This document shows positions 1-9,193 of a stretch of 32,000 nucleotides of DNA, in pieces. The number at the start of each line of letters is the position of its first letter. Within the stretch, counting starts at the first letter, position 1. Source of the stretch: Desulfocapsa sulfexigens DSM 10523 (GTDB lineage: Bacteria; Desulfobacterota; Desulfobulbia; Desulfobulbales; Desulfocapsaceae); assembly GCF_000341395.1 (NCBI RefSeq), contig NC_020304.1:660001-692000 (forward strand). The letters are read 5' to 3'. The translations under genes were made by a program, and so were the position numbers. Under the pieces are notes generated by a model. It saw nothing but the letters and a program-made list of their open reading frames with translations, was not told the origin of the DNA and did not search any database.

Positions 1-1401
1 GAAAACATACGCGACAATTTCCATTTCACCTCGCGGCATCAAAATAACAGAAGCAGCACATCTTTCAGTTCCACCTACAGTGACGACAGGAGAAGCACCG
101 AAGACAGTGATACTAAAATCACTACGTTCAACAACAGTCTCACGAACAACTATCAAATAACCAGTGACAATACAATCAAACTCAACTCATTCCTGACGTA
201 CAGAACCCAGGATAGTGATGTGTTTGATACAGCGAACCTCCGACTGCGAGAACAGCTGAACTGGCGGCATCGTGCAAATCTGCGATCAAACTATTCATTT
301 ACCCACACCCTGCAGGAAACCGACAACACACAGTCCGAAAGAACAGCACTCGATGCCCGCTTAACACATCTTTTATATGAAAACCTCACCACAAACGTCG
401 GAAGCAAAGGCAGTCTCTATGATTACTCAGGGGGACGGGAGAATGCGTTCAATACTTTTCTTAATTTCACATACACCCGTCCCATCTCCTGGGGTACCCT
501 GAATCTAAACAGCGGTTGGGACTACCTCTATACAGACCGCAGCGGATTCACCAGTTCAATTGCTCAGGTAACCAATGAACCACACACCCTGAGCCCTGCC
601 ACCGAAACCTACCTGGCCAACTATGGCGTACGAACTGAGTCCATCGTTGTAACCAATACTCCCGGAACAATCATCTATATTGAAAACATAGACTACAGCG
701 TCGACACCATCGGTGATTACACCAGAATAAATTTTCTCTCCTTTGGCTCCATAGCAGCCGGACAATCTGTCATGGTCAGCTACAGCTACACCCGAGATGC
801 AGAGTATGATGACGGTATAGCCACCGAGAACTATGGTATGAACATACATTTGTTTAATAGCTTGGATTTTTCCTACAATTACCTGCACACCAAACAACAC
901 ATTCTTTCTGGCCTGGAACCAAAGAACAAAATTGATGATACCATCCACAGATTCAAAATTCGTCATTACACAAACTGGGCTGATACCACCTTCCACTATG
1001 AAGACAACGACCGTGTTTCCAACCGTCCCTTTACCAGATGGGAACTCCAGGAGACATTAAGCTACAGGCCTGCATGGCAAGTACACTTTTCACTCAAGGG
1101 ATATTTTGGCCAAACCTCCTATACAGATGATAATGAAACAAAAGACTTTTATGGAGGAGTCACTACCTTTGACTGGCTCCTCAACCGCTGGTGCAGGTTT
1201 CGGTTGGAAGGGTATTATGACAATATCAATGGGGATGTGGAACAGACAGAAAATATCGGTGTCAAGGCAGGACTGGAATTCCGCTACCGTATCTGGACAG
1301 CACGACTAACCTATGAACTCACTGACCAGAACAATATAATAACGGATTATGAGCGAACGAAACAACTCCTTCGTTTTGAAATTATCCGCATCATGTGGTG
1401 A
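1..1401 (+). CDS. Outer-membrane beta-barrel protein, 5' truncated by the window edge (putative porin of an electron conduit)
   Basis: Frame +1 is open from base 1 through the 220..1401 ORF. Repetitive alternating aromatic/polar strands (e.g. FRLEGYYDNINGDVEQTENIGVKAGLEFRYRIWTARLTYEL), ends near an aromatic residue (..IRIMW). Lies next to a multiheme cytochrome operon. Confidence 0.75.
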   Translation, partial: ENIRDNFHFTSRHQNNRSSTSFSSTYSDDRRSTEDSDTKITTFNNSLTNNYQITSDNTIKLNSFLTYRTQDSDVFDTANLRLREQLNWRHRANLRSNYSFTHTLQETDNTQSERTALDARLTHLLYENLTTNVGSKGSLYDYSGGRENAFNTFLNFTYTRPISWGTLNLNSGWDYLYTDRSGFTSSIAQVTNEPHTLSPATETYLANYGVRTESIVVTNTPGTIIYIENIDYSVDTIGDYTRINFLSFGSIAAGQSVMVSYSYTRDAEYDDGIATENYGMNIHLFNSLDFSYNYLHTKQHILSGLEPKNKIDDTIHRFKIRHYTNWADTTFHYEDNDRVSNRPFTRWELQETLSYRPAWQVHFSLKGYFGQTSYTDDNETKDFYGGVTTFDWLLNRWCRFRLEGYYDNINGDVEQTENIGVKAGLEFRYRIWTARLTYELTDQNNIITDYERTKQLLRFEIIRIMW

Positions 1402-1404
1402 ACC

Positions 1405-2499
1405 ATGTCTCTTCAACAAAGACAGAACATACATAAAATGATACAGAAAAAGTCCCACTTCAGCGGCATAGCCATTCTCCTGCTCCTCTTTTCCATTCTT
1501 TCTCTGCATGGCTGCACATCCAAACCCCTTGATCCACCTCCCCCACCTGTTGATCTGGTGTGGCCCGGAGGAGAAGAAATTTCACGGATCCGCTTTCTTG
1601 GCAGTATCTCAAAACCCGAAGATTTTCAGATAACAGAATCCTTCCTGGTCCGTTTTTGGGGCTATATCGTTGGTCACCAGGACAGGAGTCTGGTGGCCCC
1701 CTATGCAATAACCGGTGACAGGAAGGGCAGACTCTTTGTTGTTGACACCTTTTTACAAAAAGTTCAGTGCTTCGACGCTGCCGCCAAAAAATTCCACGCT
1801 TTCCCCGCTGAAGACAAACCCATGACATCTCCCATAGCCATCGCTGTAAACAACAGTACTAGCTTGATCTATGTTGCAGACTCCAAAGATGGCATAATCA
1901 AGGTTTTCAAGGGAGTAGATGATACCAATCCACAAAGCATTGGCAAAAATATCCTGCAACGTCCCACTGGCCTTGCTGTTCACCTGGAAAGGAACGAACT
2001 CTTTGTTGTAGACACCAAACTTTCACAAATTTTCAGGTTTGATCTGCAAACCCATGGCTTATTGGGTACGTTTGGTGCCAAGGGGAAACAAACAGGGCAA
2101 TTTAATCACCCCACCAATATCAGTATTGCGAGAGACGGCACCCTCCTTATCACGGATGCACTAAACTTCAGAATTCAGCGATACTCTGCCAGCGGTCAGT
2201 TTCTCCATACATTTGGATCTGCCGGGGACAGTCCCGGACATTTTTCCCGGCCCCGGGGCGTGGCCACTGACAGTGACAACAACATCTATGTGGTAGACGC
2301 CCTCTTTGACAACATCCAGATTTTTGATAATCAAGGTCGCCTGCTCATGGATTTTGGTAAATCAGGCAAAGAATATGGTGAATTCTGGTTACCTGCCGGC
2401 ATATATATCGACCCAAACGACAGGATCTACGTGGCTGATTCGTACAATAAGCGTATTCAGATTTTTCAGTATCTTAAACAGGATGGTTCGTTGCAATGA
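1405..2499 (+). CDS. NHL-repeat (6-bladed beta-propeller) lipoprotein
   Basis: Lipobox LSLHGC. Repeated blades such as GQFNHPTNISIARDGTLLITDALNFRIQRY, GHFSRPRGVATDSDNNIYVVDALFDNIQIF and GEFWLPAGIYIDPNDRIYVADSYNKRIQIF. A start at about 1438 is possible. Confidence 0.9.
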   Translation: MSLQQRQNIHKMIQKKSHFSGIAILLLLFSILSLHGCTSKPLDPPPPPVDLVWPGGEEISRIRFLGSISKPEDFQITESFLVRFWGYIVGHQDRSLVAPYAITGDRKGRLFVVDTFLQKVQCFDAAAKKFHAFPAEDKPMTSPIAIAVNNSTSLIYVADSKDGIIKVFKGVDDTNPQSIGKNILQRPTGLAVHLERNELFVVDTKLSQIFRFDLQTHGLLGTFGAKGKQTGQFNHPTNISIARDGTLLITDALNFRIQRYSASGQFLHTFGSAGDSPGHFSRPRGVATDSDNNIYVVDALFDNIQIFDNQGRLLMDFGKSGKEYGEFWLPAGIYIDPNDRIYVADSYNKRIQIFQYLKQDGSLQ

Positions 2500-4211
2500 A
2501 GAAAATTCATATCTGCGTATTAATTACTGGCCTGTTGCTCGGTTACGAAACAACAAGCCAGTCAGCCAGTATCGTTATCAGTAAACATAATCTTTCTATT
2601 AGCGGGCCCGGAGAGGTCAAATCGACAACGGAATCCAGAATCTGTGTCTTTTGCCACACCCCCCATAATGCACACCGGGATATTCCCTACCTGTGGAACC
2701 GTTCGGATCAGACAACCAACTATACACCCTATCAAAGTTCCACCATGTATGCAGCAATCGGTCAGCCCACCGGTGCATCAAAGCTCTGCCTCAGTTGTCA
2801 CGACGGAACCATCGCTCTAGGAGCGGTCCTTTCCCAGGCAACAGAAATACCATTTGCCGGTGGATTTCGTACCCTGCCCAATACCAGACCCTCATACCTT
2901 GGTACAGATCTTTCCGATGATCATCCAATTTCCTTTAGTTATCAAACCAGTATTGACCAGGGAAACTCCGAACTCGCTGTCACCAATGCCCTGCCGACAG
3001 AAATCAGTCTCGATGATGGCGGCCAGCTCCAGTGCACGGCATGCCATGACCCTCATGACAATACCTGGGGAAACTTTCTGGTGATGTCCAACCAGTTCTC
3101 GGCTCTCTGCACAGGGTGCCACATAAAAAATGGTTGGGTCAACAGTACCCATGCCGTCTCCACAGCCCAATGGAACGGTCAGGATGTCGATCCGTGGCCA
3201 AACACAGAATACACTTCGGTTGCACAGAATGGGTGTGAGAACTGTCACCGGCCTCACAGTGCAGGCAGACATCAACGGCTCCTGAAACGTGAATTTGAAG
3301 AGGACAACTGCCTTGTCTGCCACAACAGCAATGTTGCTCCTTTGAGCATTGAAGCTGAGCTGGTCAAAAGTTACACCCACCCCGTGGGCAATTACACGGG
3401 CATACACGATGCAGCAGAAGACTTTTCCACCAACAGCGTGGCCAATCATGTGGAGTGTGAGGATTGTCACAATCCGCACACCGTAACTGGTACCAGCGCA
3501 GTTGCCCCCTCCGTTTCCGGAAGAAACAGTGGTGTGCTTGGAGTTGACTCAGGGGGACAACAAATCACCTCCGCCGACAACCTCTATGAAATCTGTTTCA
3601 AATGTCATGCTGACAACAATGTAATCACGACACCGGCCATCACCCGCCAGATTGATCAGCTGAACACCCGCCTTGAATTCAGTCTGGGCAATCCCTCATT
3701 TCATCCGGTCATGCAGGCCACAGGCAGCACAGATGTCCCGAGTCTCCTGCCCCCATATACCAGCAGCAGCATTATCTACTGCACAGATTGTCATGGATCT
3801 GACAATCCCGATGGAGCACAGGGCCCCCATGGCTCCAACAATGAACATCTCCTGGTGGCAAATTACACCACCGTTGACAACACCATAGAAAGCCCTGATG
3901 CCTATGCCCTCTGCTATAGATGTCACGATCGGGATATCATCCTGGCACCTCTGCAAAGTGCCTTCAGACTGCATTTCAAGCATATACAACAGGAAAATGC
4001 GCCCTGCTCGGTTTGTCATGATGCACATGGGATCAATGCAAGCCAGGGAAGTGCTTCCCAAAACAGAGCGCTGATCAATTTTGACACCACAGTGGTTACA
4101 CCCAACTCTGCAGGCGATCTCTATTTTTCAGGGGATGACCTTACTCAGAATAAATGTGCCCTGACCTGTCATGGAGTCGACCATGAGCCAAGAGCATACT
4201 CAAGAAATTAG
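2496..4211 (+). CDS. Multiheme c-type cytochrome (doubled CXXCH type)
   Basis: 571 aa with signal peptide. I count 11 CXXCH motifs (CVFCH, CLSCH, CTACH, CTGCH, CENCH, CLVCH, CEDCH, CFKCH, CTDCH, CYRCH, CSVCH) plus one CX3CH (CALTCH). ATGA overlap with the upstream gene. Confidence 0.95.
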   Translation: MKKIHICVLITGLLLGYETTSQSASIVISKHNLSISGPGEVKSTTESRICVFCHTPHNAHRDIPYLWNRSDQTTNYTPYQSSTMYAAIGQPTGASKLCLSCHDGTIALGAVLSQATEIPFAGGFRTLPNTRPSYLGTDLSDDHPISFSYQTSIDQGNSELAVTNALPTEISLDDGGQLQCTACHDPHDNTWGNFLVMSNQFSALCTGCHIKNGWVNSTHAVSTAQWNGQDVDPWPNTEYTSVAQNGCENCHRPHSAGRHQRLLKREFEEDNCLVCHNSNVAPLSIEAELVKSYTHPVGNYTGIHDAAEDFSTNSVANHVECEDCHNPHTVTGTSAVAPSVSGRNSGVLGVDSGGQQITSADNLYEICFKCHADNNVITTPAITRQIDQLNTRLEFSLGNPSFHPVMQATGSTDVPSLLPPYTSSSIIYCTDCHGSDNPDGAQGPHGSNNEHLLVANYTTVDNTIESPDAYALCYRCHDRDIILAPLQSAFRLHFKHIQQENAPCSVCHDAHGINASQGSASQNRALINFDTTVVTPNSAGDLYFSGDDLTQNKCALTCHGVDHEPRAYSRN

Positions 4212-4296
4212 TGGAACACCCGTTATCACAAAGAGATACGATCACAAAACATAAGCAACAGCAGTCTTTTAAACCCCTGGGAAGAGGAGAAACAGT

Positions 4297-5679
4297 ATGA
4301 ACAGCAGTAAAAAAACAAAAAGATATCAATCATCAACATGGATTAAACTTTGTCCAATAGTCTTTATTGCAGGCATGTTTGTGCTGGAAGCCTGCGCTGC
4401 GAAGGATACGGCCGCCAATGTCAACATAAAGGCCGGCCAATCCTGTTCCACATCAGACTGCCACCCAAAAATGGGAAAAGATGCCTATGTGCATGGACCT
4501 GTGGCAACCGGCGACTGCTCCTTCTGTCACAAACAGGAAAACAAGGACAAACATATCTTTCAACCAATAAAAAATGTTGAAGCCCTCTGTTATGAATGCC
4601 ACGACAAGCTCGACATGGGTTCTGTGGTTCATCAGCCTGTGGCAGACGGCAACTGCACCGGTTGTCACAGCCCACATCAGTCCGCCAACCAGTTCCAGCT
4701 CAAGGGGGACGGACCAGGACTCTGTTACGAATGCCATGACAAGAGTATTGGTGGCGGAAAATTTGTCCACGGTCCTGTTGCTGCAGACGGATGTGTTGTC
4801 TGTCATGCCCCCCATTCGTCAGATTCACCCAAAATGCTGATGGCAGAGGGAAACGATATCTGTTTTTCATGCCATTCTGACAAACAGGATGAATTTGCCG
4901 GAAAGGAATTTGTTCACGGCCCCGTCTCTGACGGCTGTATTGAGTGCCACAGCCCGCACAGCAGCGACTTTCAATTCAGCCTGTCAGGTGAAAGCACTCA
5001 GGGGGTTTGTTTTACCTGCCATGAGGATAAGAAGGATGAAATTGCCCAGGTAACTGTAAAGCACGGGGGCCTTGAAACAGACCGCGGCTGTATGGCCTGT
5101 CACAATCCACACGTTTCATCTTTTCCCCAACAGCTTGACATGGCTCCAATGGATCTTTGTCTCTCCTGCCACGACAAAGAGTATAAACATGCAGACGGTG
5201 TCTCGGTTGCTAACATGAAAATCCTGCTTGATAATAACAGCAACCACCACGGTCCCATTGCGGATAAGGATTGTTCAGGTTGTCATAACACCCATGGATC
5301 GAAAGATTTCCGTATCCTGAGAGGCTATTACCCAAAAAAGTTTTATGCTTCCTATAATCCGGACAACTTTAAACTCTGTTTTATGTGTCATAATGACACT
5401 CTGGTCAAGGATGCCAAGACAACAACCCTGACAGGCTTCCGAAACGGTGACCAGAACCTCCATTATGTCCATGTCAATAAAACCCCAAAGGGTCGTACCT
5501 GCCGTGCCTGTCATGATGCCCATGCGACAAAAAATCCGAAGCACATAACGGACACCGTCCCCTTTGGAGCCTACCAGATGCCCGTTGGATTCACTAAAAG
5601 CAACAAGGGCGGCACCTGTCTTCCAGGTTGCCATCAGGAATTCACATACGATAGAGACAACAAGGTGAAAAACAGATGA
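4297..5679 (+). CDS. Multiheme c-type cytochrome lipoprotein (doubled CXXCH type)
   Basis: 460 aa, lipobox-like FVLEAC. 13 CXXCH motifs plus one CX4CH (CSTSDCH) and one CX3CH (CLPGCH). Repeats of HGPV..GC..CH.PH. Confidence 0.95.
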   Translation: MNSSKKTKRYQSSTWIKLCPIVFIAGMFVLEACAAKDTAANVNIKAGQSCSTSDCHPKMGKDAYVHGPVATGDCSFCHKQENKDKHIFQPIKNVEALCYECHDKLDMGSVVHQPVADGNCTGCHSPHQSANQFQLKGDGPGLCYECHDKSIGGGKFVHGPVAADGCVVCHAPHSSDSPKMLMAEGNDICFSCHSDKQDEFAGKEFVHGPVSDGCIECHSPHSSDFQFSLSGESTQGVCFTCHEDKKDEIAQVTVKHGGLETDRGCMACHNPHVSSFPQQLDMAPMDLCLSCHDKEYKHADGVSVANMKILLDNNSNHHGPIADKDCSGCHNTHGSKDFRILRGYYPKKFYASYNPDNFKLCFMCHNDTLVKDAKTTTLTGFRNGDQNLHYVHVNKTPKGRTCRACHDAHATKNPKHITDTVPFGAYQMPVGFTKSNKGGTCLPGCHQEFTYDRDNKVKNR

Positions 5680-6179
5680 ATACAAAATCGGTTTTCCTCG
5701 TTCTCATGGTTTTCATATCGACAACAGGCTTACTGCAGGCCTCTTCTGCAACAGGAAAAGAAGCGCTGTGCGAAAAAACCGCCTCATCTCTTGCACGTGA
5801 GGGAAAACTTGATGAAGGGATTAATGAAATCAGACACTGTATAGAAAAAGGAAGCTCTGGAGCCAAGAGTCATGTTGTCCTTGGCTACCTTCTTCTTGAA
5901 AAAGGTGAGCCCCAGCAAGCAATGGCATCTTTTGAAAAAGCGTTGCAACTCCGTCCACGCTCCAGTGACGCTAAGACCGGAAAGGGAATAATCCTGGCAC
6001 AACAGGGGGATCTAAAAGGGGCTGAAGCAATCCTTCAGGATGCCTTAAAATTAAACCCGGATCCGGCCCGCACATACTATGAGCTTGGTATTCTCTACCA
6101 ACAGCTTGGTGATACACAACAGGCTGTTGACTTTTTTAAGCAGGGAATTGCATCCTACGAAGAGGAAAAAGGCAAATGA
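5676..6179 (+). CDS. TPR-repeat protein, exported
   Basis: Signal peptide MNTKSVFLVLMVFISTTGLLQASSA, then TPR repeats (AHVVLGYLLLEKGEPQQAMASFEKALQLRP..). Overlaps both neighbours. Confidence 0.85.
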   Translation: MNTKSVFLVLMVFISTTGLLQASSATGKEALCEKTASSLAREGKLDEGINEIRHCIEKGSSGAKSHVVLGYLLLEKGEPQQAMASFEKALQLRPRSSDAKTGKGIILAQQGDLKGAEAILQDALKLNPDPARTYYELGILYQQLGDTQQAVDFFKQGIASYEEEKGK

Positions 6180-7309
6180 CAAGAAAACCCCACACACGAT
6201 TCTTTCCCAGGAAGAAAAATCTTCTGATTATTCTTTTTGCAACATTTGCCCTGCTCCAGAGTTCCATTTCTGTGCCTGCCCTCAAAACACTGGGAGTGGG
6301 GACAGAGGCACCTGACTTTGAGCTGGTGGATCTCAACGGTAAAAAACAGAATTTCTCGTCAATCAGGGGGGACAAACAGACCATTCTCCTCTTTTGGGCC
6401 TCCTGGAGCAGGCAGTCGGAAAAAGCTCTTAAGGAGATGGAAAAGCTTCATATAAAGTATAAGGACATGGGACTATCGGTTGTCGGTATCAATGTTGAAA
6501 GACAAACCATAGATGCCAAAGCCATGACTGACATTCAGGGGATACATGATCGTCTCCAGATCACGTTTCCCATCCTGATCGACCGTGGGCTTGTCTCTTT
6601 TCATGACTATGGAGTTATTGCAGTACCCACTACGGTCATCCTGGACAAGGACAGGCAAATAGCCTTTGAGCTTTCGGGTTTTCCTCTGGTTGGAGCACGG
6701 GATATGATCCACTTTGTTGCAGCGTCCATTGAAGGCAAAGAGGCAACCGTTGTGCTTGCTGAAAAAACAGGATACCAGCCTGACAAAAAGGCTGTTCGAT
6801 CCTGGAACATGGGAGTAAAAGCCCTGAATTCAAAACGCACCTACAAATCCGCTGAAATGTGGTTTAAAAAAGCGATTCAGGCAGATCCTAAATTCATCCA
6901 GCCATATCTCAGTCTGGGTATCTTTTACCAGGAACAGGGCAAGCCGCCACAGGCAAGAGAACAATTTCAACGGGTTCTCCAGGAACAGCCAGACAACGTG
7001 AAAGCCCTGAGTCAAATGGGTCTCTCACTTCTGGAGGAAGGTTCCCTCGCATCCGCACGGGAAATGCTGGAAAAAGCGATCAAAGCAGACGAGGCACACA
7101 CACCAAGCTTCTACTATCTGGGCTACCTCACCGGCAGGGAAGGTGACCTGAAAAAAGCGGCTGAACTGTTTACTAATGCTGAAGAAATCAATCCAATGGA
7201 TTACCGGATAAATGTGTATCGGGGCATGATGTTTGAGGAGCAGAACAATCTGAGTGAGGCGGCAAGGAGTTACAAAAATGCTCTCAAACAGCTGTTAAAT
7301 TTACAATGA
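6176..7309 (+). CDS. Redoxin/thioredoxin-like domain fused to TPR repeats; active-site cysteines absent
   Basis: GTEAPDFELVDLNGKK...FWASWSRQSEK...AVPTTVILDKD, then TPRs. The WCxxC position reads WSRQS. Confidence 0.85.
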   Translation: MTRKPHTRFFPRKKNLLIILFATFALLQSSISVPALKTLGVGTEAPDFELVDLNGKKQNFSSIRGDKQTILLFWASWSRQSEKALKEMEKLHIKYKDMGLSVVGINVERQTIDAKAMTDIQGIHDRLQITFPILIDRGLVSFHDYGVIAVPTTVILDKDRQIAFELSGFPLVGARDMIHFVAASIEGKEATVVLAEKTGYQPDKKAVRSWNMGVKALNSKRTYKSAEMWFKKAIQADPKFIQPYLSLGIFYQEQGKPPQAREQFQRVLQEQPDNVKALSQMGLSLLEEGSLASAREMLEKAIKADEAHTPSFYYLGYLTGREGDLKKAAELFTNAEEINPMDYRINVYRGMMFEEQNNLSEAARSYKNALKQLLNLQ

Positions 7310-8295
7310 AACTCCTACGTCACACTCCATATATTGTGCTGGCTGTGCTGGTCTTCTGTACCATTGACGGCAGAGCTGGCACAGGATTTTCGGTACAGTT
7401 TCCTCCACCCAACAGCTATATTGAAAATGAACATCTCAGTATCATCCTGGAGCCTGGAAACCGGGGGGTAGATCAGATACGGATTGTATCAGGGAAAAAG
7501 GCGCCCCTCAACATTCCCGTACGATCTGGCAGCACCAAGGTCTGTTTCGGAGTTTCTCTTGACAAAGGGATGAACACCATACAGATCACCGGGCTGAAAC
7601 AGGGAAAGATCGTTGCGCAGACAGATCGTACTGTTTTCTTTCGCTCCGATCTTTTTCCCAGATTCAGAGTTCCCCCAGCTGAATTCAAACGATATTATTT
7701 TCATTTTATCAACAACGAAAAGAGCTGCGCCAGCTGCCATGACATGGAACCAACCCTCAGCAGTCTCCGCCCTGAATCCCCAAAACAATCGCCCTGCTAC
7801 ACATGCCATTCGACAAAAAGTAGCGATGCATTTACCCACAATCCGGCCGCACAATGGACCTGTTTTGCCTGTCATGAGGTACTCCGAGGGGAACGAAAAT
7901 ACACCTCTCCAAAACCGGATCAGAAGGTGTGTTATCCATGCCACAATTATGAAGTGAGGGACTGGAAAAAAAAGAAACTGATGCACGGGCCAACGGCTGT
8001 TGGTCATTGTACTCTCTGCCACAATCCACATGGCTCAAAGTGGCCGGCACTGCTACGGATGCAGACCACTGACCTCTGTGTAAACTGTCACGAAGATAAG
8101 GCCTCGGGTGCCCACGTCATCGCAGGATTTTACGGCAAGGGACACCCGGTCAGGGGAGTCAAGGATCCCTTTAATCCAAAGCGGGAATTCACCTGTGCCG
8201 GCTGCCACAATCCACATGCCGGAGATTCACAAAGTCTCCTGAATCACGACAACAGCAATATGACTACGTATTGTACTCTCTGCCACAAAATGTAG
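7306..8295 (+). CDS. Octaheme-type c-type cytochrome
   Basis: 329 aa, N-terminal signal peptide. Eight CXXCH motifs (CASCH, CYTCH, CFACH, CYPCH, CTLCH, CVNCH, CAGCH, CTLCH). ATGA overlap with the upstream gene. Confidence 0.93.
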   Translation: MKLLRHTPYIVLAVLVFCTIDGRAGTGFSVQFPPPNSYIENEHLSIILEPGNRGVDQIRIVSGKKAPLNIPVRSGSTKVCFGVSLDKGMNTIQITGLKQGKIVAQTDRTVFFRSDLFPRFRVPPAEFKRYYFHFINNEKSCASCHDMEPTLSSLRPESPKQSPCYTCHSTKSSDAFTHNPAAQWTCFACHEVLRGERKYTSPKPDQKVCYPCHNYEVRDWKKKKLMHGPTAVGHCTLCHNPHGSKWPALLRMQTTDLCVNCHEDKASGAHVIAGFYGKGHPVRGVKDPFNPKREFTCAGCHNPHAGDSQSLLNHDNSNMTTYCTLCHKM

Positions 8296-8434
8296 ATACC
8301 TCCCCTCCGACCACCAGTGGATGACGACAATGGCACATGGTTTGCATTTAATGGTGTTACAAGATATCCTTATTGTGTGTTGCCGACAATAACTTCGGTC
8401 AACATTTATTAACTCTCAGCATGGAGGATACATC

Positions 8435-8914
8435 ATGGCAAAGAAAAATGAACTGGCAAAGAAAGAAGAAAAGCGACCCGTTTCTTTTTTTGATGAGATG
8501 ACTAAGCTCTTCGAAAGGTTTCCCAGTCATCCCTTTTCAATGATGACTCACCCAACCATGTGGTCTGGCGGTCCTTTTTCCAAAATGGCTGACATCTCTC
8601 CCTCTGTTGATATTTTCGAGGAAGATGACACCATTGTGGTAAAAGCAGATATTCCTGGCATCAGCAAAGAGGATCTCAATGTTTCCATTAACGATAGCAT
8701 TCTGACCCTCTCCGGTGAGAAAAAGCAGGAGGAGAAAATTGAAAAGAAAAATTACCATCGGGTAGAGCGCTCATACGGCTCCTTCTCCCGTAGTTTTCAG
8801 CTTCCTGGTGCTGTGAACAGCGATCAGGTTAAAGCCTCTTTTAAAAAGGGAGTTCTGGAAATACGAATCCCCAAGACTGGTGATAACAAGAGAAAAAAAA
8901 TAAGCATCACATAA
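8435..8914 (+). CDS. Small heat shock protein, Hsp20/alpha-crystallin family
   Basis: Alpha-crystallin domain: VDIFEEDDTIVVKADIPGISKEDLNVSINDSILTLSGEKK...SYGSFSRSFQLPGAV..DQVKASFKKGVLEIRIPK. GGAGG Shine-Dalgarno just upstream. Confidence 0.95.
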   Translation: MAKKNELAKKEEKRPVSFFDEMTKLFERFPSHPFSMMTHPTMWSGGPFSKMADISPSVDIFEEDDTIVVKADIPGISKEDLNVSINDSILTLSGEKKQEEKIEKKNYHRVERSYGSFSRSFQLPGAVNSDQVKASFKKGVLEIRIPKTGDNKRKKISIT

Positions 8915-9193
8915 CTCAATATGATATAACCCCATTCTGCAAAGCTCTATTCTTGTTTCTCTGCTCCTGGTTTGATCCGGAAATAATATAATCTTTTTCG
9001 CAGTCGACCAGGAGCAGAGACCACGAATCATTCCCAGAATCATCCAAACAACAGACAATTATTCAACAGCTAATATTTTATGGTGCAGTAAGGTTGTTAA
9101 AAATGTATGAAGTTCTGCCTCAAAGGCTTTACCTTACAGAATGTACAGGAATACCAAAACAACTCTATCGGCAGGGCAAAGGATCACATCATT

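Noticed and set aside
4555-5240. Repeated HGPV..GC..CH.PH segments in the 460-aa cytochrome, considered as a DNA repeat or CRISPR-like array
   Set aside because: These are protein-level heme-module repeats with diverged nucleotide sequence, not a DNA repeat array.
2693-5685. Numerous ORFs on the antisense strand or in alternate frames across the cytochrome genes (e.g. 2892..3479 -, 3696..4061 -, 4453..4815 -, 5275..5685 -)
   Set aside because: They lie fully inside clear multiheme cytochrome CDSs. Their compositions are translation artefacts of CXXCH-rich codons, with no recognisable domains.
8370-8392. Considered calling a CIRCE element upstream of hsp20
   Set aside because: Spacer length (9) matches, but the arms do not match TTAGCACTC/GAGTGCTAA, so it is listed only as an unassigned inverted repeat.
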